Origin: Paragordius varius
Taxonomy: Eukaryota; Animalia; Nematomorpha
NCBI GenBank assembly: GCA_964247055.1
Contig: OZ176053.1
Coordinates: 2,170,001-2,234,000 of the forward strand
Reading direction: 5' to 3'
Length of the DNA stretch: 64,000 nucleotides
Position numbers and translations under genes: made by a program. Each line of letters begins with the position of its first letter. The stretch's first letter is position 1. The notes beneath the pieces were generated by a model. The model was not told where the DNA came from, searched no databases, and saw only the letters and a list, made by a program, of their open reading frames with translations. Shown piece after piece: positions 51,743 to 63,839 of this stretch.

Positions 51743-53529
51743 ATGCAAACATTGAAATAATTCATTAATCATGGACTATACTATTTAAGTTATTTCAAAA
51801 TAAAAACTTTATATTTATTAAATTATGCATTTTTTGTGATTTTATTTGGGAAAAATTATTTATTTTCCATATATTAAAACAATGTGCTGTGATTTATAAA
51901 TCATGCTACACGGACAGTATTTTATTTATAACTATATATAGAATATTTCTAGTCATTAACATCTAATTATTTTGAAATAAATTTTTGCTTGACTCAATAT
52001 ATTTTTTTAACGTTCTAAAGGCGTTTTAAGCCCCAAAAAATAGCATAAAACTCGTAAAATGAAATATGTAAAACAATATCTATCAAACATCAATATTTCA
52101 TTACATTTACACTTTTTTGTCCTAGTTTACATTTTGGGTAATTTTATATCCCAAATTTTGTAATAACCAACATTTTTAAAAGCTATTTTAGTTTAAATTT
52201 ACATGGTTCTCATGTATTAAATAAAAAAGCTTATAGTTTTATGACTTCTAGATTATAAGATAGGGACAGCTCCAAAACACGTACGAAACAAACAGCTGAT
52301 ATTAAAATATATCAAGTTTTTTCTGATAAAATGTAGTTAAAGCTTATTAAAGTAATTATTTTTTAACCAAAATACATTAATTTGCCTGTTGCATTAGCGA
52401 TCCAATAAAATTTATTGAAAAAAAAATCGCGGCAAAAAGGTTTGAGAAGAGGGTTTTTTCCACAATTAAGCATTTTTCAAAAAAATTGTATGTGTCTAAA
52501 AGACTAAACAAAGCATATTTTAAAATTAGTTGATACATTAAATAATATTTAAAATATTCAATTTTAAGTCGCCCTGGGATAAAACTAGCCCAAAAGGTTA
52601 TGGAGTTTTAAAATAACTTTTTTAGCGTTACTTATATATCTAAATTTTTTACATTTATTTATGACAGACAACGTTTAACTTGAGTTAATTTTCTACTCTC
52701 TATAAAGAATGCTATTATCAGTGCTTTCAAGCATGTGCTTGATGAATCCCGATCATACATTGTTCAAATTTCAAACAAGGATACTCTAACAAAAAACTTA
52801 AAATGGGTTTTGACCATTTGTTAGGCCACTGTAAATTATATTACTTTACAAGGACTAGTATGATGTTTTTGAAAAATAAAAATTTAGATTTTTTCCAAAA
52901 ATTGACAATTTTTAGATGTGCGTTTTATTTTATTTGGTTTTACAGCCCAGTATTTATAATTGCAATTTTAAAAAGTCCTGATATGGAAAGTTCAGATTCG
53001 ATGATAAACAAAATGCGATTTTAGAGTTTAGACACGGATTAATAAATTAACCCCTATTGTCACAAATGAAGTGTTAAACAACTCAATTAATAAATGGGTC
53101 TGGTACCAATTGACTGTGAAGTTCATAAAAATAGAAGTTGAAAGTGTCTCAAGTAAATATACTTCCTACCTTTTATTGAATATAGTACGGCTTTAGGCAA
53201 ATTCAAATAGATTATATATGAAAAGCTAATTTTTTATACAACTTAGTTTATGAAGGCGAATATTTCTTAAAACCAAATATTGATAAGATATGTTCCGTCT
53301 TTTAATTTATATAAATGTTTTTTATATTCTTAAACGTTTTCACACGTATATACTCAAGTATCGGACGGAATCATGATGTTTTTGGTTTTGAATCTAGTTA
53401 TTTAAGAAAATTTATTCCACCTTGGTGACAATTGCTTCTGGAAAGTGGCAAAATTAGCGCACTTTGGGTCAAATAAAATTTTTTGGTACGCGCTTAATGG
53501 TCCATTCTAAAAATATCATTCTTAAAAAA

Positions 53530-53748
53530 CAGGGGTGTGGAAAACATACGGCTTCGAGGGCCGTCTTTTAGAGATCAAAATATCCAACGGGTCGCATACG
53601 AAAAATATATGAGCTTTAACAAATTGTTTTTAGATTTTAAAGCCAAAGTTCGGAAAGATATCAGAAAATTTGTATGAGATATAAATTTAACTAGGATTTC
53701 GTAAAATTTTGCACATTAATAAAATTCGGGGGTATATAAAATATCCTG
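53530..53748. mobile_element. hAT-type MITE family G (CAGGGGTG..GCGGCCC..GGACACCCCTG)
   Basis: CAGGGGTGTGGAAAACATACGGC left end. Related ends at 19634-19975 (GGGCCGC..GGACACCCCTG), about 36440-36478 (GCGGCCC..GGACACGCCTG) and 62740-63000 (CAAGGGTATACAACATGCGGCCC). Confidence 0.65.
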
Positions 53749-53749
53749 G

Positions 53750-53801
<52 letters not shown>

Positions 53802-55273
53802 TAAAGGATTGTATCATGATGCTTAAAGTTTTATTATTTTTGAGGTCTTGAGTGATTTAAAGATGTTATTACCATTTTGTGTTGTTCCCTATGAGGAAAT
53901 CGCAAAATTTGCACATATTCTGCTAATTTATTTTGCTGAAAGCCAGACACATTTATGAAAATTAAAATTAAGCATAACTATATAAAATTTAAAACAATAT
54001 TTTCATCTAAATTAATATTTTTGAATTAAACTCCGAAAGTTGAAAATTTTTGTTCACAAATAGTTATTTCTTAAATAAACCTAAAATTACTTTGATTGAG
54101 CTAGGTTAAAAATGCACTTTCTTCAAAATTTAAATTTTGGCTAGATTTTGTTGATATTCTGAAGCATGGTCGAAAGGGTATATTTTTTTATGTATTACAA
54201 TAAGACTTTCATATATATTTCGATGATGCTTAGCATATCAACCCTAAAATTTTGATTATCTTTTAACTAATTTAATCTCTCAAAAAATATTTAAGTTGTA
54301 AATTAAAAAATAGGCATTCTCTAGCTTTTTAGGCGCATGTTAAAAAATATTTTCGGAAAAAAATGTAAAAAAATCCTAACGTCACCATTTTTTGGATTTA
54401 AAATGCTAATACAACATGCTTATAAATACACAATGTTATCAAAAAATGGAAATAATTAACTTTAAAAGGCTTTATTTTATTTTTACCATATATTTATATA
54501 GTAAGGAATCAGAAAATATTCAAAATTAAGATCCAGAAAATTGACCCCAAATTTTGTTGCACAGTGTTTATTTTTTTCGAGTTTTTCTGCTATCCCCATT
54601 CAAAATGCCTGAAAGTGTATGGATCTAACTTTTTTATCTAATATCGGAGGACTGTGATAAATTTGAAGAGTAACAAATGTGTCGGATATGATAGAAATTC
54701 TCAGCATCATTTAATAGAAAAAATCTTGTCATAATTAAGTATATACCGTCGTAACGATATTTAAGTGTTTTATACTTGAATCCAACTCATTAATTTATGG
54801 ATTTAAATTAAAGTAACGACCCAGAGATGTTTCAAAACAAATATTTTAATAATTATGGAATGAATTAAAATATTGCATAAGTCTACTCGTATACAACACT
54901 GCTGAATAACAATATAAAAAAATATTCATCTTGAAATATCATATTTATATTACGGATCCTGAGCGTAAATTAGCCATGACATGTGGGCATTAGCAAATAT
55001 ATAAATAATGCAAAATACAATTCCTTCTGTTTATATCAATTGATGTTAAAAAAATTACTCTATTTTATGATTTGCTAAAAAATGGCGTCGAATCAGTTTT
55101 ATATGGAATTTTTTTTCAAACCAAATTATATTTTGGTATTTTGGCTAATTCATATAATTTTAATTAAGATAGAAGCAAAAAATTTTGGATTCGTTTCTTT
55201 AAGTAGTTAAAAATATAAACATGTGTTGGGTCATTAAATATTTCACAATTTAAAAGTGTTTATTTAAAAGAAC

Positions 55274-55682
55274 TTGCCCATTTTAGATGAGTCACAATGA
55301 GAGTTGTGGAGCCCTTATCCAAAATTCTAATAACAATTATTGTTTCTATTATCAAATATTTAGGATTTAGTTTTCATAAAAAAATTTAATGAAAATTTTC
55401 GCAATTACAGTGTATATATTTTTTGCCACGTCACTAATAAGGCTTGAAAAATATTACCATAATGATCTTGACATATTTACGAATATAAATACAAATTTTA
55501 TTAAAAACCGGTCAATTTTTCCCCCAATGCTAATAAAAAACACTACTTTTATTATTACAAAAAACTGTCCGAGCGCAATCTATATTATAACAGGAAATTG
55601 CCAAATGTGAAATAATCTTATATCGGTAATCTGCTAAAGCAAAGGAGTTAAAATTGATACATTTATCAGGATGTATATTCAT
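55274..55682 (-). CDS. Candidate 5' part of an unidentified gene divergent from SARS
   Basis: Removing AT-rich GT-AG segments of 27, 29, 42 and 82 nt joins GC-richer pieces 55682-55661, 55633-55559, 55529-55509, 55466-55409, 55326-55274 into a 76-codon open frame (MNIHPDKSDYRYKIISHLAISCYNIDCARTVFSLGEKLTDHYGNIFQALLVTWQKIYTLILDKGSTTLIVTHLKWA). No family recognised; downstream exons not linked. Confidence 0.38.
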
Positions 55683-55815
55683 CAAAATATATGGGGTATT
55701 TTTTATAAAAAGATCAAAATTTGTATCATTATATTATTTTGTTTTAAGATTATTTTATAATTTACTGACTCTTTTTATCATTATATAATTATTTATTGTT
55801 CGGCCACATTTCAGC

Positions 55816-58800
55816 ATGGTTTTGGATATTGACTTTTTTCGTGTCGAAAAAGGTGGTGACCCAAATATTATTAAGGAAAACCAAAAAAATAGATTTAGTG
55901 ATATTACATTGGTCGATATAATTTTGGATAACGATGAGAAATGGAGAAAACGTTTATGAATATAATTTAATTATAAAGTGAGATTTAAGCTGGATTCAAT
56001 CAATAAAACAAAGAATTTATGCAGCAAAACAATTGGAGAAAGAATGAAGGTTATTACTAATATAAATTATTTTTAGAAAGGTAAGGGGGTTATGAATGGC
56101 GACTCTGGAGGTGATAGTTTACCGAACGAAATTTTATCAGAAATCGAAAATTTATCCATAAATGATCTTGAAGTAAAATTTTTAAAGTAACCATAAAGAA
56201 ATTATCTATCTCTCAAATCAAAAGCTGCAAACCAATTTTAGAAGATAAATATAAAGAATGTGAAACCTTAATGTCAGATTACGAGAAACGGCGAAATTTA
56301 GCTCTATCAGAATTGGGAAACTTATTACATCCTTCCGTTCCAATCAGTAATAATGAGGTTTAAATAACTTTTCATTAATATATATATATATAAGATATAT
56401 AAGCTTTACAATGGTTAAAATAAGATCTTAAAATTGTAAAAACCAAGTAATTTTATAATTATTTAATTTATACCATCAACTTAAAAACATATCAAACTTT
56501 TAACATTAAATTTCTAAGCTACCATTTATTCAGACTAAAAATAGTTTAAATTTTTTTAACAAAATTTGAAAACTGAATAATATTTTAAAAAATCACTTAT
56601 ATTCAAAAATCTTTATTTTTTAAACTTAACTCGTCCTGAGTTAATGGTGAATGTAAATTATCTTAATGACACACTTAATATAATCGAAGAGTTTAGGTGG
56701 AAAATTTATGGCCAATTTTATTTTTTTAAAAAACAAAAATTATTTTTAAGTTTTTACTTAGTCTGTATAATCTTAATTATTGTAATATTTATTTCTGACA
56801 TCATATTTTATTTTAGCTATCAGTATAAACATTACTTCTATTTTCAAATAAAACTTTTTTATGAGTAAAAATTTCATTTGACTGACACAAAATATTATTT
56901 TTGTCCTTTGTTTTAAATGAGCATATAAAAAATTTTATACATTAGAAATGTGTTTCTCCAAAAAGAAAATATATAAATTGCATTCGATTTTCAAAGTTTC
57001 AAATTAAGTATCTGGACTATGATTTTGAAATTTAACCAAGGCCTATTATTCAATATATATATATATATATATACACATATGTGTATATACACCAATGAGG
57101 CATTTTGTGGTTTAAACCATCGGCTTTATAAGCTAGATTTTTGTTAGTTTTAATTATTTCTTGGACATATGAGAGTTTTTCTATTCGGTTAATTCCTGAA
57201 TAAAACAATTTAAATTATGGACATTCTTTACTTTTAAATTTAAATTTGGATGCGGTATATTTTGAAATTTAGATAAAAGATCTTATGGATATGGTAAATT
57301 TTAACCCAGAAGGAATTTGATTCGAAAGCAATAAAGGATTAGTGTTGTCTCATTAAAAAAATTAATACATTTTTGTCAAAAAAAACGTTTGATGGTATAG
57401 GGGAATAAGGAAATTTGTTCGATATTTGGAGACTAAGTTCTTACTATAAAATAGCGTGAAAAGTGAATATAATGCTCTTAGTTTAACACGGCAATAACTC
57501 ATATAAAGAGTTTTATTATACTATACTAAATCACAGTAGCACATTTAATAGAATCGCTTCGCTTTTATGTGCCTAGAATCAAACTCAACCTTTGAAGGCA
57601 TCTCCTCGCTATTAAGCTTCAATGTACGTTAAGGATGGGTTTCGAATGCCTTTACTGGGGCATGTGGCCGAGGATCTTAGGATTGACGCCACACCCTTTA
57701 TAAGATACTCTTCTCAATTTCTTAATCTTTGTGTTGTATGATTAAAAATATAAGTTATTTTTTATTAAAACATTTATTTTACAATACATGTATCGATATA
57801 ATATATTTTAAGCTTAAATCTCTCAATTTCTTAATCTTTTTTTGTTGTATGATTAAAATATAAGTTATTTTTTATTAAAACATTTATTTTTTAATACATG
57901 TATCGATATAATATATATAAGATATGCTTTGAAATCCAATTATATAGCATTGTAATTCCATATAAAATCCAAAATTATGTTTATAGTGCTTCGAATATCT
58001 TTTTCAAATTTTATTGTACTGGTGCAATCCCTCACTGATTTAATCGGTAATGGAATTAAACGGAAATCGTTCAATATGTTTATCTATTATATGCAACTCA
58101 GCCTATATTTTAAAAAATAATATACCCATCCGATGGTAACTTTCTACAAGCTCCTGGGCTAATATTTTATAATCCTTTGACTTTCGTGTAATATCTAAAA
58201 ATATATTATACCTTAAAAACAGTGTTGAATTTTTTTAAAGCTTCAAAAGCTTTTTTTTCTTTTACAGATAATTTTTTGATTAATGGGCCATTAGAAACCC
58301 CAGCCTCAGCTTTGGCTTTACTGAGCGTTTATAATGGTTTTGAAAGTAAATAAATGACGCCGAATCTTTTTCAAGATTATTCTTTATATTGTAATTCCCA
58401 GCAATATATGCAAAGGAGGGATGTATATTTTCTCAATATTGATAAGGGGCTCCATAATCTGATTGAAATTTTCAATATTTAGATAACTTCGAGCACCCCA
58501 GCCCTTCTTAACATAATGCTGGTGTCTCATTCTGCTATTCCAGAGACAGAACAAGCAGTGGTATTTAGGGAATCTACCCTGAAGACCTGCTGCCAGTATT
58601 AATAAAACCTAAAATATATTACGGATTTTGCTTTAAAATCTCCTACAACATTCCAACCATGAGGTTTATAAGATAATTTTTCCAGTGTATGTTTACAATT
58701 TCGGCCATATACAATCACCACTGGTTTCTTGGCTTCAGTTTTATGAAGCAAGATCATCTTTAAACTCACCTTTCTAAATATTACATATAATGGTAAAACC

Positions 58801-61800
58801 ATATTACTATCCATGAAAAGAGCCCAATCTTCAGGATTGTAGGAAATACTAGGCTCCTCCATTAATCCTTTTATATCTGGGTTTTACCTATGCTTACATG
58901 TCTTTAGGATGGATTCCCCTAATACCACTGTGTATTCTGCCTCTGGAATAGCAAAATGAGGGACCACCATTATGTTAAGAAAGGCTGGGGTACACGAAAT
59001 TATTTGGATATTGCTAATTATAATCAGGTTAAGGTACCTCTTATTTATATTCAAAAAATTTACATACCTCCTTTGCACATATTGCTGGGAATATTTGGAA
59101 TATTCATGAAAAATCTTGAGAAAGATTCAGCCTTAAAACTTTCAAAATCATTATAAAGTCAGTAAAGCCAAAGCTGAGGCTGGGATTGCTAATGGGCTGT
59201 TAATCAAATAAATTTTTCAAGATACCACTTTATAAACCTATTATCTTCAAAAGAAAAAAAAAGCATTTGAACCTTTAAAAAAATTCAACATAAGCTTTTA
59301 GGTAATATATTTTTTAGATATTAGAATCACATAAATCAGATGAATATAAAATATTAGGCCAAGAGCTCGTAAAATCGGATGGGTATATTATTTTATAAAA
59401 TGTAGGCTGTGAAATTACACTAAAGTTGCATATAATCGATGAACATATTGAACGATTCCGTTTAATTACCGATTAAAGCAGTGAGAGAATGCCCCAGGAC
59501 ATAAAAAAATTGAACAAGATATAACCTTCGGAACACGATAAACACGGATTTTATATGGAATTTTATTGCTATATATAAATTATTAATGCATACAATTTCA
59601 ATTTGTTAAATATATTAGGTCGATACATGTATTGAAAAATAAATATTGTATAATTAATATTTTTAATCATACAACTTAAAGAATAAGAGTTCCAGTAAAG
59701 ATGTATAGTCAAGCGTAAGATACTCGGCCACCTGCCAGTAAAGGCATTCGAGACCCACCCGATGCATCAAAGTTTGAGTTTGATCGTAGGCACATAAAAG
59801 CGATTCTGTTAGATATTCTACTGTGATTTAGTATAGTATAAAAGAACTCTTTATATGAAACGTTAATTGCCGTGTAGCATATATTGACTGCTCACGCTAA
59901 TATTAATGCTAGAAAACTAAGTCTCCAAAAATCAAATGATGTTTCGTATTCTGTAACCTCAAACGTTTATTTGACAAAAAATATATCAATTTTTTCAAAA
60001 GACAACATAAATCCTTTATTGCTTTTAAATCATTTCTATATCCTTGTTGTATGGATGTAAAATTTACTGTATCCTTAGGCTATATCTGAAAATTTAAATA
60101 TATTGCATCCAATGATTTAATTTATAAAAAGAATAACCATGAGGTATAATTAGATTGGTTTATTTAGGAATTAACCGAATAGAAGCAAACTCCTAGAAAT
60201 AACTTATACTAGTCAAAGAAATATAGCTTACTATCTGAAAGCCGATGGTTTAAACCACAAATACCTTTTTTAGTTTATTTTTAATTAAATATATGCGTGT
60301 TTGAGAGTAGGTTTAAAAAACCTAATTAGTGTTTAAACCCATACTATTTTCTTCCTAATATTTAATAAACCTATTTTAATCAGATAGAGTTTCAAACGCT
60401 TTAATGACATAAATCATGTATACTAACTTTTTTTAAGTTATATTCGATTTTCTATCTATTATCGCTTGTTTTTATCAAAGTAAACAACCCGTAATCAGTA
60501 TGGAGGATGAAAAATTCTGAATAGTTTTATGGACACTGAAATTAATCTAAATTTAAAATTTTGAGTAATATCGATAAAGTTCAAAATCCGTTTTGGTATC
60601 AAAATATTTTGTAAAAAATTTTCAAGTATTAACATCGATATCCGCAAGTTATTTTTCTTATATATAAATCTACCACAACACATGCAAAATTTATTTGAAT
60701 GATTTTTGCATTCTCGTTTTAAATTAATTCCTGCCTGTGAAATCCTACTTGTATCTACTTGTTTGTTTAAATATTTGAAAGAATGTACACAAGGAATGGG
60801 TGTTTAACATTCCATTACCTTTGGGGTATTTATATCCCTGAGCCATTTGAAAATTTTTAAGGTATTAGTCGAAATAAAAAATATGCTTTCTTTAGTCATA
60901 TTATACAAATTTATTAAAAAAAATGTAAAATTATAAAAAATACTTATCTCAAAGTTTTCGCCATTTTTTTCTAAATTAATACGCTAATGCAACAGGCAAA
61001 TAATGTATATTATAGAAAATGTAAATAATTAACTTCAAAAAGCTTTCAGGCTATATTTCTCAGCAAAAACCTGTTATAGATTTAATATCAGCTGTTCGTT
61101 CTAATCTTGTTTTGGAACTGTCCCAATTTTAGGCTCTAGAGGTCACAAAACTGTAAAAAAATATAAGCTTTTTTATGTAATTCTTGAGAACAATGTTTGA
61201 TGAATATATTCTAACAAAATGGATGGATAATATTACAACTCCATATTCGGAGTTTTGTATCCACGAAGTTATTTCCTCCATAAATTACGATCTTTACATT
61301 GTTCTGTGGAAAGGCTACGTTGATTCAAGTCCATTTTTATATTATCATTATAAGAAAAGAGTGGTCGTCCCTTTCTTCTATTGTGACTGTAGAGACGCAA
61401 TCTATTAGTTTGAATGATATAAAAATAACTTTCAAAACTGTAGTATTTACTAAATTAAACTACCCCAAAACATAGACTTAGCCAAAGCAGTGAAAAGGTA
61501 ATGAAGTGTTATATTAAATGCAAAAAAACAATCAAATTAAGAAAAAATTCTATTTGCACCTGTTTTAGTGTTATTAGTTGACTGAAAATGGGTAAAATGA
61601 AAAGTTTGTTGACTTTGTTATTGTATATGGGCACATATACAAAAAAAATTGAAATTAAATATTTAAACCTTAATTTTTTAATAATAATTGATCGTTTCGG
61701 GTTGCATAATAGTGATATAAGTTATAAGTCTACCATAAACTTAATTATATTGTGTGCTAAAAAGTTTTTTGTCTGTATAATACCAATTTAAATAATGTAA

Positions 61801-62261
61801 TGTGTATATATAGGATGAAAATGAGGTACTAAAAACTTGGGGTGAAATTACCAAAACTAAACAATACTCTCACGTTGATTTGATTTACATGATTGATGGA
61901 TTTGATGGGGAAAAGGGTGCCATAATTTCTGGGAGCCGGGGATATTTCTTAAAAGTTTTTATTTTTTTACGAAATAATATAATTTTGAATAAAAATTTAT
62001 TGTGAGATTAATAGTTATAATAATTTTATAATCTATTTTTTATAATATTATAATGATTTTTTCCCAAAATGCTGTAATAAATTTTGGTGTAATGCTATTT
62101 TCTCAAAGTTTAATTTTATTTCCTTAGTACATTTTTGGTTTTATGATATTTTCTTCGTTCATTTAATACATGCTTTCTATGTCTTTATCATTCCTTTCAT
62201 AAAAAAAGTATTAACTTTTAAAGAAATTTTCAACTTAAAAATCCTATTCGCAATAACGCAC

Positions 62262-62293
<32 letters not shown>

Positions 62294-63753
62294 GGGACCA
62301 GCTGTGTTTATGGAACAAGCTCTTATTAGATTAGCATTAGATATGTTAAGTCAAAAGCAATATAGTTTATTGCAAACGCCATTTTTTATGCGCCGTGAAA
62401 TTATGAAGGAAGTTGCTCAACTTAGTCAATTCGATGAGGAATTATATAAGGTTTGATTCGTGGTTTTGGTTCTCATTTTGCAAAAACAATTTTTTTTGTA
62501 ATTTTATTTATAAATTTTTTTGGGGGGAGGGGGGGGATAGAATATTTAGATTTAAATCACTTTTATGTAATATTAGTTTGAATCTTATATATACAGAAAT
62601 CTTTTAACAGTTTAAAATGGTTTAAATTTAATATGTGATGAGTTTGTTTCCCGAAAATTTTGCTTTATTAAAGAATCAATTGAATATAATTGAATATAAG
62701 ATTTATAAAAACATTTAGTTTTATTTTTTTATATGGATGGCAAGGGTATACAACATGCGGCCCTCCAAAATATTCCGGCCCGCGAGAATCAAATCAAAAA
62801 TTTCTGAAATCTAAAAAGAAATTAATTTTCTAAACCAATTTTCTGATGAATTTTTATCGAGTTTTGGCAATGAAATAGCAACAAATGTTAAATAAATAGT
62901 TGATTTTACAGTCTTAGTCTAAAATCTAATATTTTTTAATGTCCATATCTTTCATAAATGCAGCCATCCGCGAAATTGTCTAAAACAGAGACCCTTGGTG
63001 TAAGGGATTCATGCAACTCTATAAACATTATATAATATTTCTTAATTATATTAAAAGAATAAATTTCAGATTGGCTTTTATTGGTCATAAAAAATGTATT
63101 TAATTAACAAATATTTTTTACGACATTATATAATGTGACTATACAAAGCTAAAAAGTCTTTTTGATTTTACTAATTTTTTCAATGTTTTGAGCAGTCATA
63201 AATTTAATATATTAAACCATGTTAATATCGATTATATATATTTATTTTAACATCGAAAACTTTAATTGATAAAAAAAATCCTATTTACCAATTTTATTTA
63301 CATTTTATTTAATATTATCATTAATATACTATAAAAAAGAACCTTCTCAAACTTTAAGTTTCACATAAAAAATTTTTAGTTACATTTATATAAATCTTTT
63401 CAAGGTGCACAAAAAGTTCATTTTGCTCTTATGAAAATAAAAAAGGGATGATTAACTCACAACAAAACATACCTGCTTGTTGCACATTAATATAAATTAG
63501 TTGTAATTTCATTTTCATTATTTTCTTTTTTGGTAAAAAGGTAATAGGCAAGGGTGAAACGACCGAATCTGAGGACATAAAATATTTGATTGCGACATCG
63601 GAGCAACCAATTGCCGCATATCACAGAGAAGAATGGATGGATCCTGTCACGTTACCCCTGAGATATGCTGGTCTTTCCACCTGTTTTAGGCAGGAAGCCG
63701 GTTCCCATGGGCGAGATACGCGGGGGATCTTTCGAGTCCATCAATTTCAAAAG
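55816..63753 (+). CDS. SARS1: Seryl-tRNA synthetase, cytoplasmic (5' part; continues beyond the window)
   Basis: Exons 55816-55951, 55979-56049, 56077-56172, 56199-56357, 61814-61954, 62295-62450, 63541-63753. [100 protein letters not shown]. Confidence 0.97.
57105..60260. mobile_element. CMC/Chapaev3-like DNA transposon relic with about 1.4 kb inverted-duplicated 3' half, inside SARS intron 4
   Basis: Minus strand 58862 leftward: [68 protein letters not shown]. Plus strand 58899 rightward repeats this from the CLFCLW region on, then [23 protein letters not shown]. Arms 57105-58587 and 58899-60260; perfect anchors of 26 nt (58299-58324/59159-59184) and 23 nt (57105-57127/60238-60260). Superfamily assigned from remembered motifs. 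Confidence 0.75.
57712..57918. repeat. Direct tandem duplication of about 105-110 bp in the left arm of the Chapaev3-like hairpin
   Basis: TCTCAATTTCTTAATCTTT..GTTGTATGATTAAAA..ATACATGTATCGATATAATATAT occurs twice; the right arm has one copy. Confidence 0.85.
61185..61410 (-). mobile_element. RTE-clade LINE 3' end nested in a MITE within SARS intron 4
   Basis: [36 protein letters not shown] followed by an AACTCC/GGAGTT hairpin. The segment is absent from the sister MITE copy at 24628-25145. Confidence 0.75.
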
Positions 63754-63839
63754 GTTAAATTACTTGATTGCAATCGTTTTTGTAAACCAAAAATATTTAT
63801 TTGAGTTGTTGTAGGAGTATGGTACTTACTTACTTGATG

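Noticed and set aside
56081-56110. Possible 30-nt in-frame exitron in SARS exon 3 (AAG|GTAAGG..GGAG)
   Set aside because: The segment is GC-rich and exon-like with a weak GAG acceptor, and homologues have a linker here. Only RNA-seq could revive it.
63735-63753. SARS motif 2 reads HQFQK rather than HQFEK
   Set aside because: This position varies among seryl-tRNA synthetases; not evidence of altered function.
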